In this document: positions 24,216-38,104 of the stretch, piece after piece | Layout of the letters: each line of letters begins with the position of its first letter | How positions within the stretch are numbered: position 1 is the first letter of the stretch | Source: Camelus dromedarius | Lineage: Eukaryota | Assembly: GCF_036321535.1 (NCBI RefSeq) | Contig: NC_087437.1 | Coordinates: 94,676,001 to 94,740,000, forward strand | Reading direction: 5' to 3' | Length of the DNA stretch: 64,000 bases | Notes under the pieces: generated by a model | The model's input: the letters and a program-made list of their open reading frames with translations, nothing else | What the model was told of the DNA's origin: nothing | Databases searched by the model: none | Translations under genes and position numbers: made by a program

Positions 24216-27200
24216 AAAACATATTAGTTTTTTTTGTTTGTTTGTTTGTTTAAAGCAGCCACATCATCCAAGGAAAAGACTGGGTCGTAGACATAGCATA
24301 TGTATAGATTTGATGCTTTGTATTAATTTAGAAGATACTTATTATAAAGAAAAAAATAAGTCTCTGGTTTACAGAATCTTTTTAAGATTGCCACAACTTC
24401 TATCCTCTGGGGGAGGGGGAGAACCCCTCCATAAATATACCACAGTGCATTTCTTATCTTGATATTTTATTTTTAACCTCCCATTACAACATTTAAAAAT
24501 GAACTCTCTATAGTTTTTGTTAACATCTGCGCCTCTTCAGTCGCTGGCCACAGGTCAAGTGTTTCTTGTAAGAAATTTTTGAAATATTAGAATTATTCAG
24601 AGAATAGTCCTTCAGTGATGCCCTGAAATCATTGAAAATAAATTTTTAAAAGCTCTAAGAATAAAAACTTAACTGCTATTGCTCTTTCTCCAATTTTGTT
24701 TCATCTTCACCACTTTATGACAATATCATACACTACACAATCCTCAAGAGTTAATACTGCAGAACAGTTTTTAACTCTTCTTTCAAAATACTAGTTTTAT
24801 AAAGCTATGAGACATTTAAATAGACTTACAAGTTATTTTAATTGAAAAAAATTTTTCACTGTTCTTTATCTCTTCTTCTCTTTTTCAACTATTCATTTTA
24901 TGAATTTTTGAGAAATACCTCTTGTAAAGAAATAACCATGTTCAGTAAGTTAAAACAGTGTATAACTTTAATCCACAGTATAAAGTTACAAAAGAAAGAG
25001 TTAGTACTTCTTGTTCTGTTTCTAATAGCCAATGAAAAGATATGCTTACATTGCTGATCAGATAATGAATCTGATACCAAAAATCAATAGATTAATGGTA
25101 TAAGTAGTGAGTTACCTCCAGGCAAAGATTAGTATCCAAGATACACTAAAACACAGCCTGAAACTGATAGTACAATACAGAAATTTGAGAAGCTGATAGG
25201 ATTTGCCAGTAAACCGCCCAGGGGTGATTGGACCCTATCAGAGAAAAAGCATAATGTGCTTCCTTGAAGATAAAAAGGCAGAATCAGATGTTATAACATA
25301 CAACAGACACTGTTCCCCTAAAGAAGAAATCTTCCTTTCTGCAACCATCTGAGTAACTAGTTGCAGTCAGAGGGTAGAGATCTCATGTATTACGTTAGTA
25401 AAGTTCATGGAACCCAAGAGGATTATCTTTATATCCTGAACATTAAAGATACACAGTATGTCATAATGAAACTCTAGACAGTGCACCACATTTCTTTTTG
25501 TGGAGAACAATATCGCAAAGCATGTCTGCAATCATTTATAGTGTGGTATTTTTGGAAGAACTATCACTAATTCTTTGTAAATTATAGCTGGAAATAAATC
25601 ACCACAATTTCAGTGGGACAATTTACACACTTTCCATTCAATTCAAAGTGGTGAAGAATAATTACAATATTTACATTATTATTTCTTACCACAAAAAAGA
25701 TACAGAGAGATAGCAGAATATGAGCTGCTTTTACTGGCTGACTCATTGGTTGGTACTCATTTTATTTACTACCAAAGAACTCTAGGACAATGGACATAAA
25801 ATCAACTTTGTTTCATTCCCTTTCTCCAGATTGCCATACCTGTTGTCTGAGGACAACTATAAATGCCAGAGAACAGATAAGAACTTTTATGATCAGTTAA
25901 GTTTGTAGACTGAAACATCAGTTTGGAGTTACCTATTTTGTGTTTTGCTTGCACTGAGCCTGTAACACACAATTATGGTGAATATAGTTGTGCTAACATA
26001 TACACCCATATGTAGGGAAGGCTAGTTATAGAGTATGATTCTGCCCCTATATGTGTCACAAAGGTCAATAACTTAAAGCTGTAGCAGATGAACAGAAAGT
26101 AAATTCCTTGATCACATACATTCCAGTGTAACTTTGTTGCCTCTAGTTCCCTTAGTCTCAAATCTGGGGACCAGGAGAAAGCACTCAGCTGTTCCAGAGA
26201 TGCTTAAGGAAACAGCTGAACTCAGCTGTCACACACATGAATAGAAAAGCAATTTCCCAGGTAATCCATTCTCAAACCATTCCACATTGAAAAGTTAAAA
26301 TTCTACATAAGCAGGATTTCAAAATAAAGATACAACACCTTTGATCCCATTTTGGTAAAGATGATAGAAATTAAATGTTTTATATTTAGTTAATGATTTT
26401 ATAAGAAGGTATGTAATCCATGAGAATGAACAATATTGATGTCTGTAACCTCAGTTTTGGTAAATTCAGCATTCATCTAGCCTTTGCCACAGAGGAATGA
26501 CCCTAAGTTATTCCAGCATGGTGATTTTAACTATATTCTCTAATTTTTTAAAATACAATGTTTTCATTCAAATTTATGAAAAAAAGAAAGCCTATAAGAT
26601 TTCTTTTTTCTCATTTTATGGTACAGATGTAAGCCAACAAATTTGGCTATGTAGCTTATTTCTGTCAGTTGACTACTATTTTCCAATTGACTTTGATTTT
26701 AAAACTAGAGATTTAAACTCATAAAAATTTAGAGCCCAACGTTATAGTAACACCACACCTAAGGATATAATGTCTTTGAAAGCTTGCTATTTTGAAAAAG
26801 AGACAAGTTCAAAATTTTACTATTCACTAGTCCTCCTTAGAAACTACCTATTATTGGCCATTTGAAATTGTTCCTAGGTTACAGAAGTGTTAAAAAATTT
26901 TATGTGCTAGAGCTCAGTTAGTTTTGGACAGTGTAATGAAGTAGAACAGTGTACCCAAGGAAATGTGGTGATGAATATATCACTGCTCTAACTTGTCCAA
27001 AGTCCCTGCCAAAGTAGCTACATTTTTTCCTATGAATCTGTTTAACACTCCCACCCCACCATTAAGATTTTCACACTATATGTCAGTTTGGTGATGTTTA
27101 AATAAGTAAGAAAATTCTGAGCAGACTCAAAAGTAGTGTAGTCTTGGCTCATCTCTCATTTTTACCACGAAGAAAGGAATCTGCAAAATTATTAGCATTA

Positions 27201-27624
27201 AAATTTCTAGCTTTGTTACATTTTCCAATCAGAGAGAAATAGAGACAGAGGGAAGAAATGGGGGTTCTTTGTGATGTAAGGCTGTGTAGTTGAGAAGTGG
27301 GTTGAGAGAGAATGAGTGATAATTTGAAGACATTGGCAGCCCATTAACCTGAAGCATTTAATGCTTCAGTATCATAGAGTAGCGTTGTAACCTTAACAAA
27401 GTTTCTGGGCAAGAAGGTCATGAGCTCTGCCAGAAATTTCATCAGTTGCTGCCAAGGAAATTTCTTCTTTGATAAATGAAGTCATCATAAAAATAATCAT
27501 CAAAATCATTTCCCCTTGAAAGGTAACACATAATTTAGAGTAAAGTGGTGGTCCATCCAGCCTCAAATTTAATTTGGGGGAAAACAGTTAAGTCTCCAGT
27601 ATGTTTCAAAATCATTATATTATA

Positions 27625-27832
27625 TGGAATTTATAAGAGCAGGTACCCTGGAGACAGATATACCAAGATCCAAATCCCACCTTCGAACATCCATGTATGT
27701 TGTGAAAACTGACATGATCTCTCGGTTTTTATTTGTTAAATGGAGGTAACTATATTTTCTCCCACAAGTTGTGAAGATTTACCACACCGATTGTAAAGTT
27801 TTGGCACACAGATGTTCAAGTACTAGCAATTC
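27625..27832 (+). mobile_element. MIR SINE
   Basis: taagagcaggtaccctggagacag...atccaaatccc...ctcggtttttatttgttaaatggaggtaa...gttgtgaagatt...tggcacacag. Confidence 0.7.
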
Positions 27833-30724
27833 TGATTGTGCCGATTGTTAAATTTTTCTTCTTCTTGAAAATGCCTCTTTTTCTGTTCATTGCACATACT
27901 TCTCTGTAATACTACCAACAAGAAGAGAGCTGTTTCCTGAGAGTATGTGACTTGGTTGGTACAGAGCCCATGTCACTGTATGCATTGGGAAAATGTAACA
28001 TGATGGCAGAGAAGGAAAGCTAGTAAGGTCTGTAATATCAAGAGATACGTTGGCAACCCTCAAAGACAAAAAACTGAGGAGTATATTTTTAATGGAATAA
28101 GAATTTCTTATGAAAAATATTTAAAAAGTTCAAATCAAATCACAAACCTAATCTTAGTTTAAGTTTATTTTTTTCTAATCCTGTTGCAAATTTGTAAGGT
28201 ATTGTGGTGAATACTGACAAAGATAGTTATCTTGTATTTTGAGATTTATACCTTCTAAAATTAAGACACAATGAACAGTATCATATATCATATCAAATAA
28301 TTGTAAGAAGTATCAAATGTGTTTAACAGATATAAATTAGAAAGCAGTTAAACAATAGGTTCTATATATGTGTGCACATGCAGACATTTATATACATTAT
28401 GTATATATACATATATATGATATAATATATATATAAAACCTCCAAGTATAACTATGATTATTTCTCTCTGAAAAGTTACTTGAAAGTGCATTTAAGGTTC
28501 CCATAAATGAAGCCAGGATTAAATCCTAAAGGAAATTAGAGAAATTTGAATACTCTGTCTTTGCCAAGAATTCACTTTATTTTTACTGCTATATAATATA
28601 TTTTCATTTTATGTGCTAGAAATTATCAGGGATCACTTGGTTTTATTTCAGAGTACCCATATTTATCACCCCCCTCCTTTTTCTGACACTTTTGATTGAG
28701 AAGTACACGGACTTCATTGATCATTGATTCCTGATGAGCCTACACTTGAGTTTAGAAATACCCATTGGATGTGTGTGAGTATTCAAAGTATTCAATGACA
28801 ACGTTAGCCATTTACCAAAGGACTTAATATTCCCTCCTCTATTATTAAACATTTCTTACGGTGAAGAATGCAGACCCAATTCACATTTATAATATCTACT
28901 CTCAGAAAATGTTGAGTACACAATCAACAAAATGTAGAAGCCTAAACATCAATTCTTACACCTTTCAGCCTTTAAATTTTAGTTAACTGTATCACCTTGA
29001 TATTAAAACCCAATTTAGTAATGCATTTTAGAGACTGGTCCTTAATTAATAAATAAATACATAATGAATGAATGAATGGGCAAATATTCCACAATCAAAC
29101 AGTAAGCTTGGGGAAATTAGAGCTAAGTTATTTTTTTAATCAACAATTCTTAGAAACAAGCCATTGAATTAAAAAATAATAATTTCCAAGTGATTAACTT
29201 TTGGCTAGAAACCCATTTTGGATTTTCTTTGTTATCTCAAATTTAAATATGGGTATGTATATATTTCCTCCACTTTTAATCTGTGTTCTATTAAGGAGTC
29301 AGTAAATATTCAGGAACTGGTAATTTTTGATGGCACTATTTCTTTTCCTTTTGTCAAATTGTATTTCTAAAATTAAGTAATTTATTGTGAGATGAATGGG
29401 CCCAGAAAACTTAGGGAAAGCTAAGAGGATATCTTAGAATTATGCTTACCAACTCATTGACTTACTTATCCATTTACACATTTAAACACCAATTAGCCAA
29501 TTAGCCAAACTTCTAATAGTGATTTTTTTAAAAAGTGCCTTTATATCTCCATTCAATAAAATACACTTATTTAAGAAAACATTTATTTAAAATATATATT
29601 TACAATGCACATTTTCCCTGTATAAAACCCACACTGTATAAAATGACATTCTAATATAAATGCTTTAAAACCAAGTTCCCATCTTTAAATACTTGCGTTG
29701 TTAATATTTAGATGGAAAAAGACAACAGAATTTTGTTCTTATTATAAAAAGTAGTCTTGACTTGTAAAATGGAGCCTTCAAAGTAGAAGTACAAACTGTT
29801 TACGATGTTGAGGGGAGGGGAAGAAAAAACTCTTTTCACATAAAAAAGACCTGAAATGTGAGGGTAGTTTGGGGGATTCATATACAAAATTTTGTCAGAT
29901 TTCTGCCTAAAATAATGCTATTAGAACATGTGTTCCTTGATAACATCCTTTGTTAAATATGAAACCTTGTGTTTTGAGAGGGCTGTTACAGGTGTATTTC
30001 TTATAGAGAGACTCAGGAAATCGATAGAAAAACTTGGAAAATTTTTAAGGCTTTGGCTTTTATGACTAGGAAATAATGCAGACTGTCAAATTTACTTTAA
30101 CTGATTGCAATATTTTTCTAATTTAATAGTTTGGCCGAGAAGTCACATTTACCGTATTTTGAAATGAATTTACGCTTGGTGACATAATTTGGAGAACTGA
30201 TCAACACACAGCAAGCTTTTCTGCACAAGTGATTAAATATAAAACCAGGGGTAAATGTGCACCTAATAAACTTAAGAGTTATGAGTTCTGCTTGACTGCA
30301 CAAGGATCTCGTGTGTGTGAAGCAGCAGCTCGGGCCTTTCATGTCATTTTTGGATTATGTTTGGAAAATATCTGTAAAAGTCTGTCAAAATTTAAGAATA
30401 GAAGACAATGTCAGTATGTTTCATAGTCAAGTTCAGGTAGTGATATGAAAAGAGAGAATGAGAATGTCTCCAGGTGGAAAAATATGAAACCCCTTTCATC
30501 TATGCTCAACGCAAGGAGCCATGCTCCTCTGTCAACCTGAAAGCACTGGACTTCGTTCCTACTGAAAATAATCTTGCTGTTTTAAGGCCAGTTTTATAGA
30601 GTGCTAGATGTGTGGTCATTTGCAGTTTATAAGTAATCTAAAGTATTCTGGCAGTCCTCATAAGTAAACATGGATGTGCCAGGATGTGCACAATCCCCTT
30701 TGATTTCAAAATGTATGTTTAATC

Positions 30725-31068
30725 AGTATATATTCACTCATTGAACAAATGAACAGAACTGAAAGAAGTGAGTGAGTGAGCTATGCTCCCATCTGAGGGA
30801 AGCGTTCCAAAGAGAAGGCAAAATAAATGCAAAGCTTTGACTGACTATTAAAAGTGTGCTTGGCTTGCTCATGGGAGCAGGCCCAGAAGTCCACATGCCC
30901 AGAGGTCAGAAGGAGGTTGAAGAGGAGAAACAGATCATGTTAACCCTGATAGACCAATGTAAGCACTTGAGATTTTAATCTAAATGAAATGGGGAGCCAG
31001 TGGAGAAGTCTGAGCTAAAGAGTGAAATTGCCTAACATTTTACAGAGCCACTCTGGTTATGTACATAG
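30725..31068 (-). mobile_element. L2 fragment
   Basis: ttcactcattgaacaaat...gattttaatctaaatgaaatggggagccagtggag...acattttacagagccactctgg. Confidence 0.8.
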
Positions 31069-31226
31069 ACACACTGACAGCATCTCACATTTCTCTGTTT
31101 ACTGCTGCCTCAGAGAAGGGGCAAGTGCCCACAGTCACGGACGTGGGAGCCTGTCACTGATCAGAGGGCCCCAGTGGGCAGGCCTGACTCAGCTCTGGCA
31201 CCAGGACTGTTCTTTCCCAGCATGAA

Positions 31227-31960
31227 CTGCGGTTCTCAATACTGTGGTCTAGTTCTCTCTGGACAGACATTCTCTATGGGGAAGATTTTGCCCCCAAGAG
31301 GGAAAAACTTTGATCCTGTGGGGTGAACAGTTGTCCTTGTATATGTGTAAAGCGTAGTGTATCAACGCTATTATAACTTCATTGAGGAATGCCATTAGGA
31401 TGAAAGTGTTTAAAAGGCTCCTTGGGGCTGACAATAACAAATTAAAAAAAAAAAAAAAAAAAAGGATCGCTGCTCTTCTGCAGACTTTGGAATACTGCAG
31501 AGACATTTGGTAGCCGTAATTATTAAAGCGACATTGCAACCAGCATTTAGTGGGTAGAAACCTGAGATGCTGTATGTCCTACAATCCTTAGGGTGGTTCT
31601 CCCACATGAAAAACTTTCAAATACCCCGTTGAGAATTCGTATGGGCAAAAAAAATCTGTCTTTAATTATCTGAGCTTAGAAGCTAGTTCTGTTTTCCTTA
31701 GCAACTCTTACTACACAATTTCTTTGTGAAAGGAATCAAGATTGTACTTTATTTTGCTCCGATCACATCACAGACAAAGGTGTCACTGTTTGTGTTGGAA
31801 TCAATATTGCCTGATTCAGTTTATTTCCTTGGCTGCCATATTCACAGTGATTCTACATATAGATGAAAACATCTGACTGTTTCATTACGTCTTCAATATA
31901 TGCCCAAGCATTTTACATTGCATTACACATAATTTCATTATAATTCATTTTGTTTTTAAT
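31227..31960 (+). mobile_element. hAT-Charlie DNA transposon remnants (MER20B-like, probably composite)
   Basis: ctgcggttctcaa TIR-like start, gattttgccccc, gcatttagtgggtagaaacctgagatgct, ccccgttgagaa, taattatctgagcttagaagcta. Confidence 0.65.
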
Positions 31961-32299
31961 TTTCCAGTTTTATATATATATAAATGCTATACATATAGCA
32001 TATATATAAAGTTATGTGATAGTTTCTTACACATTTACTTTATTTTCATGAAAATAATGATAATGTAATAGAAAGTGCTGAATTGGAAGGAAGGAAGGAA
32101 CAGAGAACAGGGAAGACATCCCTTAATTTTTCAAATTGTAGAAATTAAATGATTGAAGATTAGTTTTTTTTTTTAAATCATATTCTAGCACTACTAGATA
32201 GAAATTTGGTAGTGGATAATGAACAGTATTTAAAAGCTAATATCATAAGGAAAAGTAAAAATTGTTTCCTTTCTAACTGCTAGTTGCTAACACATACGA

Positions 32300-32520
32300 G
32301 ATGTATATACTTTACTCAATAAATGTTCATTCTGAGCCAAACTCTGTTGTAAATATTTAATTTATTTTAGTTTATTTAAAAATTTCAGTAAACCTGGGAG
32401 GTTTTTCCCATTCTACAGATTAAGAATATGAGGCACAGAGAGGTTAGGTAACCTAGTCCACTGCTGGGAAAAGATAGAGACTGGATGTAAAAAGAGAACC
32501 CTTGGTTAAAGTTTCATCAT
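32300..32520 (-). mobile_element. MIR
   Basis: cccattctacagattaagaatatgaggcacagagaggttaggtaacct is the MIR core. Confidence 0.75.
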
Positions 32521-33139
32521 TGTCATTAGGCTGGCATGAGGCTTCCTTAGTCTCTGAATGTTTGTTGTTTTTGACTGAATATTCAGGAGAACAATATTTC
32601 CTGCCCATCAATTGCATAAGTCCTCGTTAATTTGTCTGCCTGTCTGATCAACATCTTATTTGTTTGGCTGCTTGTTTTGAATTTAAGATAAAGTTGCTAA
32701 TTTTTGTTTCTTGAGTAAGTGAAGATCTCGTCTAATAGGACAGATCTGATTGCTTATTAACGTTGTTCTTAGTAAGTCTTGCTTGTCCAATGTGCTGATC
32801 CTTCTCAGATATTCCTCCAGAACTAAAGTATCCTGGAAAAGGTTAGTCCAATATCACAGATGGTAAAATGTTTACTGACTAAAGACAAGGATTGATTACT
32901 GAGGCAAGACAGCTAATGAATGCGTCTGGCTTCTGAATTGCAAATTTAGCTGTAATCTTTGGAGTCTTTTGACTAATAATTACAGCAAACACAACAAATA
33001 TAAATATATGTAAAAGGGTTTCAAAATGCTTTTAAAGTTTTACAAACTAGAAATATTCTTATACAATATATTTGAATAATTTACTATTAGGTAGATTTTT
33101 AGTCTATTCTTCACAAAGATTTTTTTTTTCCTTTTTTGT

Positions 33140-33530
33140 AGTCAGTGAATATTTTTAATGACTAACAGATGGACAGATACCCCATGGCAGAGGGTTAGTT
33201 AAATAAACTAGAACATAATCCCAAAGTAGAATCCTATAGCAAATAAAGCAATGTTTATGAAAGGTCCTTTTCATAAATAATGCCAGAAAAGCTCATATTA
33301 AAGATGCTATGCAAAAAAGTAGATGGAATGTAAAAATTTGTATTAAGTGTCATCTCCACTATATAGGTAGAAATATATGCCTACGCATAGTAGTAACTTA
33401 CATACGCATAAGATGCAAACTATATGTAGATATTAACAGTGGTTGAAACTGTAAGGATTTTTTATTCATTTCTTCATATCTTTAGACTTTATACAGTGAA
33501 CAGAGTAAATGCTCTATTTGAAAAAGAAAA
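33140..33530 (+). mobile_element. Diverged L1ME-type 3' end
   Basis: ttagttaaataaactag...tagaatcctatagc...gatattaacagtggtt. Confidence 0.5.
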
Positions 33531-36500
33531 TTAAGTGCCTTTCAGGTATTTCTACATATGTATTTCTTTTCATCTGCCCTCTCATAAGATGGGAAAATTT
33601 TTACCCTATGAAGCCTTGAAAAGAATATGGAGATCTATGACGTCAAAAATTGAAACAGTTCTGCTTCTAAAAATCTGATACAAGACACTGAAATACTGTT
33701 CTTTATTATTTTGACTATTAAAAATAAAAATGATAGATCTAGAATTCATAAGTTCTTCTAGGAATAATTAATACAGGTAAAATTGCATTTTGTGTCACCA
33801 TAAAAGATGCATTGTACTAATAACATAGAATTTATAAATTAGAACATACATATTAGAAGGCCACACAAGGTAACTTGATCAGGACTGTGATTCCAATTTT
33901 AAAATATTCTGTTTTGTTTTAACACTCACCAGCACCTGCCTATTAATATCCTTAAGTTGATGATGGGTTTAGTTTTCACATGTAACATTTCTATCAGGAA
34001 TAGGAGGTCCAGTAATAATTTCATTTATCCCATTCTACTAAGAATAAATGATACTTAGATTACTAAATTTTGTTCCTATCAACAATATTAAAAGTGAATA
34101 ACAAATAGAAACATAGCATTTTACTTATATATCTATCTTCACATACAGTTGTTTCCTAATTTCTAAAAATTATTTATATCAAATAATATATATAATATAG
34201 AAAATATACATAGCACTTTTCTACACACTATTTCATTTAATTCATTTGATTCTTTAAAAGAGCCCTGTAATAGCAAGTAGATATGTCGAGAGTGTTTAAG
34301 TGACTTGCTAAAATTGACTTGCTTTATTTGTGCTTTCTGTTAAAGTTTCATTCATCTTATTGCATTGTTTATGTGAGTAGGAAGAGCGAATCGTGAGAGC
34401 ATTTTCACTGGACATAGACACATCTCCAGCTCCTCCGTACACACAAACTATTGTACTTTTATCTGATCTGAAAACTTCCCTTATGTGCAAGTTCTCTTCC
34501 AAAATCTTCAATTAAAAAAAAAAAATCAAGTCCTCCACCAAAAAGAAATCTTATTGCCAATTAACTTTTTTTGATTTGCTTCATCAAATATTCCCCATTC
34601 TCTAGTCTCTTCTGTGGTACTAAGAAAAATCTAAATTCACAGGGTCACCATTCATTGCCCTGCTGTTTCTTTCCCCTGAAGCATTCAGTCTCGAACATGC
34701 TGTGGGACTTTTTCTTTTTCTATTGACTTAAGTTTCTATCATAACCATGGCTACTTCTTCAGAGTTCCTCTACCTAATCCAGATATTCAGGTTTTAGTGA
34801 CCTTCCTACTACAACTAAAATTATCCACCGGTTCAAAGCTGACTTTGGTGTTTTCCCTTCTCTTTCTTGTTGATGGTGTAACGTTTCATCAGTTGTATCT
34901 ATTGCCTGTTAGAAAATAATCTCTGTAATAAGACTGCACTGAAGCACAGCCTCCCTTGTATTAGTCCATTCCTCTCATATCAGTCCTCCTGTTTCTGCCG
35001 TTTGTGAGGGAGGTCTTAGCAGGTCATCGTACCCATCACGTTCCTTAGTTTAGACCTCCTCCATCGGAAGTTTCAATTATTCCCAAGATTTTAACTACAT
35101 GCTCTCTTCTGAAGATGCCCAGATTTCTTTTTCTAGTCCTCATCTCAAGTTAATATCAAGCTAAAGGATTTTTAGAACCAAAATACGCTTATTTTAAAAT
35201 TTTTCTCCAATTCTCCCCAAGTGTCTCTTCCATGACAAGTGGCTTTAAGCTAATTGAATCATGTTTGCATTATATTCTACTTTAGGCGATATTCCTTTGT
35301 TTTCTCTGTAAGGTTGCAGATTTTAAAATATCTTTCTTTCACCTCCCTCTCTGGCCTTTGTTCCCCTTTTCTTAAAAACATTGCCCTATCATCCATCATT
35401 TCTTCAGCTACAACATTTTCTATTCTCTTAATTGTTTTCTAATCATACGCAGACACAGATTTCATAGATTTTTCAACTTCACCCGCGGTTCACTTCAACC
35501 TTTCTGCTTCCCCTCATCTCTCACTTCTGACACCTCCAATCCTCTACTACATTCGTTGCAGACAAGGTAGAACTATCCTCTGTGATTCTTGGGTGCTTTC
35601 ATCTGATCCTTTGACCATCATGTACCCTAGAAAACCTTAAGTCAATTTAAACAGTATTCCCCAATAATAAGATTTTTTTTAACCTTTATCTTTTATTGGA
35701 AGAGAGAGAAAGAGAGAGATACAATTTGAACCTATCTAATAATTATAACTTCTGTTATGGGTCATTTTTATGAAACATTTCAATGTTATTATAAAATTTC
35801 AAATGACTTTAGATAGTGAAATAGCTGAGAAATCCTGATTGAGAAATTCTCAATAGACTAAGATATACAGATCATCATGCTACCCATTCTTCTCTCAAGG
35901 CCATGGTGTTGTACTTGCAGAACTCCCCGAGAGCTGTCTAGTTCATTACATACTAAATGCCTTACAGGATCAATGCATTGTCAATAGATCCTGTTCTAAA
36001 GTCTACTAGATCCAGTGCAAGTGTATCTTTGGTTATGCAGATTGATTATCTTTTATTGTTTCTTTTTCTTCAGGTTTCCTAATAGTTACTCCAAATGACC
36101 AAATTACTATTTCAAGTCATTGAATCTCAGTTTTTTATGTATAAAATAAAAGGGCTTGGAGCACTTGACTCTTTTAGGATTCTTCTACTCCTACTCCACT
36201 CCCCCCAACATTTTCATACATTTAGTATTTTATCAACTAGAGACTCCACAATATTGATTGGCAATGAACATGAAAGGAATTCCCAATGTGTAGTCTTTGA
36301 AATGGGTCTACTTTTCTTCCTGAAACATAACCATGTAGTTGAATGTTTCAAAATTACTTACATTTAAACAGGATTTCAAATTATAAAATTATTCAATCTA
36401 AATGGCCCTTTAACAATCTGTCGAAAGATCAACAAATGTGTGCATCACGGATGAAGTGAACATGAATGTGAACATTATATCATAAAGAAATAATAAAGAC

Positions 36501-36623
36501 TCTATTCTCCAATTATGGATTTCCAGTTAAATATATTAGCTTTTTTATCCTTAATAAGGAATTCTCCTAGATTTTCATTTTAAAATATACAAGTTGTTCT
36601 AATTTATAAATAAAAATATATAC

Positions 36624-38104
36624 TTTTTTATTGAGATATAATTGACACATAACATTATATTAGTTTCAAATAGGCAATATGATGATTTGATATTTGTATA
36701 TATTGTGAACTGATCACCACAATAAGTCCAGTTGACATCCATTATTAAACATAGTAACAAAATTTTTTCTTGCAATGAGAATTGTTAAGATCTATTCTCT
36801 TAGCAATTTTCAAATATATAATACAGTATTAATAACTATAGTCACCATGCTGTACATTACTTGTGTCATTACTTATTTATTTTATAACTGAAAGTTTGTA
36901 CCTTTTGACCCCATTCAGCCATTTTGCTCTTCCCCCTCCACCCTCTGCCTCTGGCAACCACCATTTATTTTTAGATTCCACACATAAGTGAGGTTATACA
37001 GTATTCTTCTTTCTCTGCTAACTTTTTTCACTTAGCATACTGCACTCAAGACCCATCCATTTGTCACAAATGGCAAGATTTCCCTCTTTTATAGACAAAT
37101 TGTATATGTGTGTGTGTGTGTGTATGTATGTATATAGCATCTTTTTATCCATTCATCCATCAGTGAACATTAAGGTTGATTCCATGTTTTGGCTATTGTA
37201 AATAAAGTTGCAGTGAACATAGGGGTGCATATCTTTTCAAGTTAATGTTCTCATTTCCTTTGGGTCAATACCTGGAAGTGGAATTACTGTCACATGGTAG
37301 TTCTATTTGTAATTTTTGGAGGAACCTCCTACTGTCTTCCATAGTGGGTGCACCAATTTACATTCCCAATAACAGTGCACAGGGTTTCCATTTTCTTCAC
37401 GTCTCTGCCAACACTTACTTCTTGTTTTTTCGATACTAGCCATTCTAAACAAGTGTGAGGTGATATTGTGGTTTTGATTTGCATTTTGCTGATGATTCAT
37501 GATGTTGAGTGTCTTTTCATGTATCTGTTAGCCATCTTTTATGCTTCTTTGAAAAAAATGCCTGTTGAGATACTCTGCCCATTTTTTAATCAGTTTTTTT
37601 TCTGCTATTGAGTTTTATGAATTCTTTATATATTTTGGATATTAACTCCTTACCAGACTTATGATTTACAAATATTTTCTCCATTTGGTAGGTTGCCTTT
37701 TAATTTTGTCAGTGGTTTCCTTTGCTGTACAGAAGCTTTTTAGTTTGATATAGTCCCAATTGTGAACAAGAACTTTTTGCTTTTGTTGCCTTTGCTTTTG
37801 GTGTCAAATCCAAAAACATCATCATCAAGACCTATGTCAAGGAACTTACTGCCTATGTTTTCTTCTTGGAGTTTTGTGGCTTTAGGTCTTGTGTTCAAGT
37901 GTTTAATACATTTTGGGTTAGTTTTTGTGTGTGGTATTAAGAGAGTGGTCCAGTTTCTTGCTTTTCTTTTTTTAATTTTTCTTTCTTTTTTTTTGCATGT
38001 GGCTCTCCAGTGTTCTCAATATCATTCATTGGAGAGACTATCCTTTCCCCATTGTATATTCTTGACTCCTTTTCCCTAAATAAATTGACCATATATATGT
38101 GAGC
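36624..38104 (-). mobile_element. L1 (L1MA9-like) ~1.5 kb 3' portion with degraded ORF2
   Basis: ttttttattgagatataattgacac start; tagattccacacataagtgag, caccaatttacattcccaataacagtgc, ttgctgtacagaagctttttagtttgat are antisense L1 ORF2/3' UTR motifs. Confidence 0.92.

Noticed and set aside
26965..27120. C/D box snoRNA starting at GTGATGA
   Set aside because: Nearest CTGA is ~150 nt away and there is no terminal stem linking the boxes
27880..28062. Possible DNA transposon or LTR33-like remnant ending gttggcaaccct
   Set aside because: Only one short motif recognisable; no matching opposite end
33638..33645. Full CRE TGACGTCA
   Set aside because: Isolated 8-mer with no supporting context; could occur by chance
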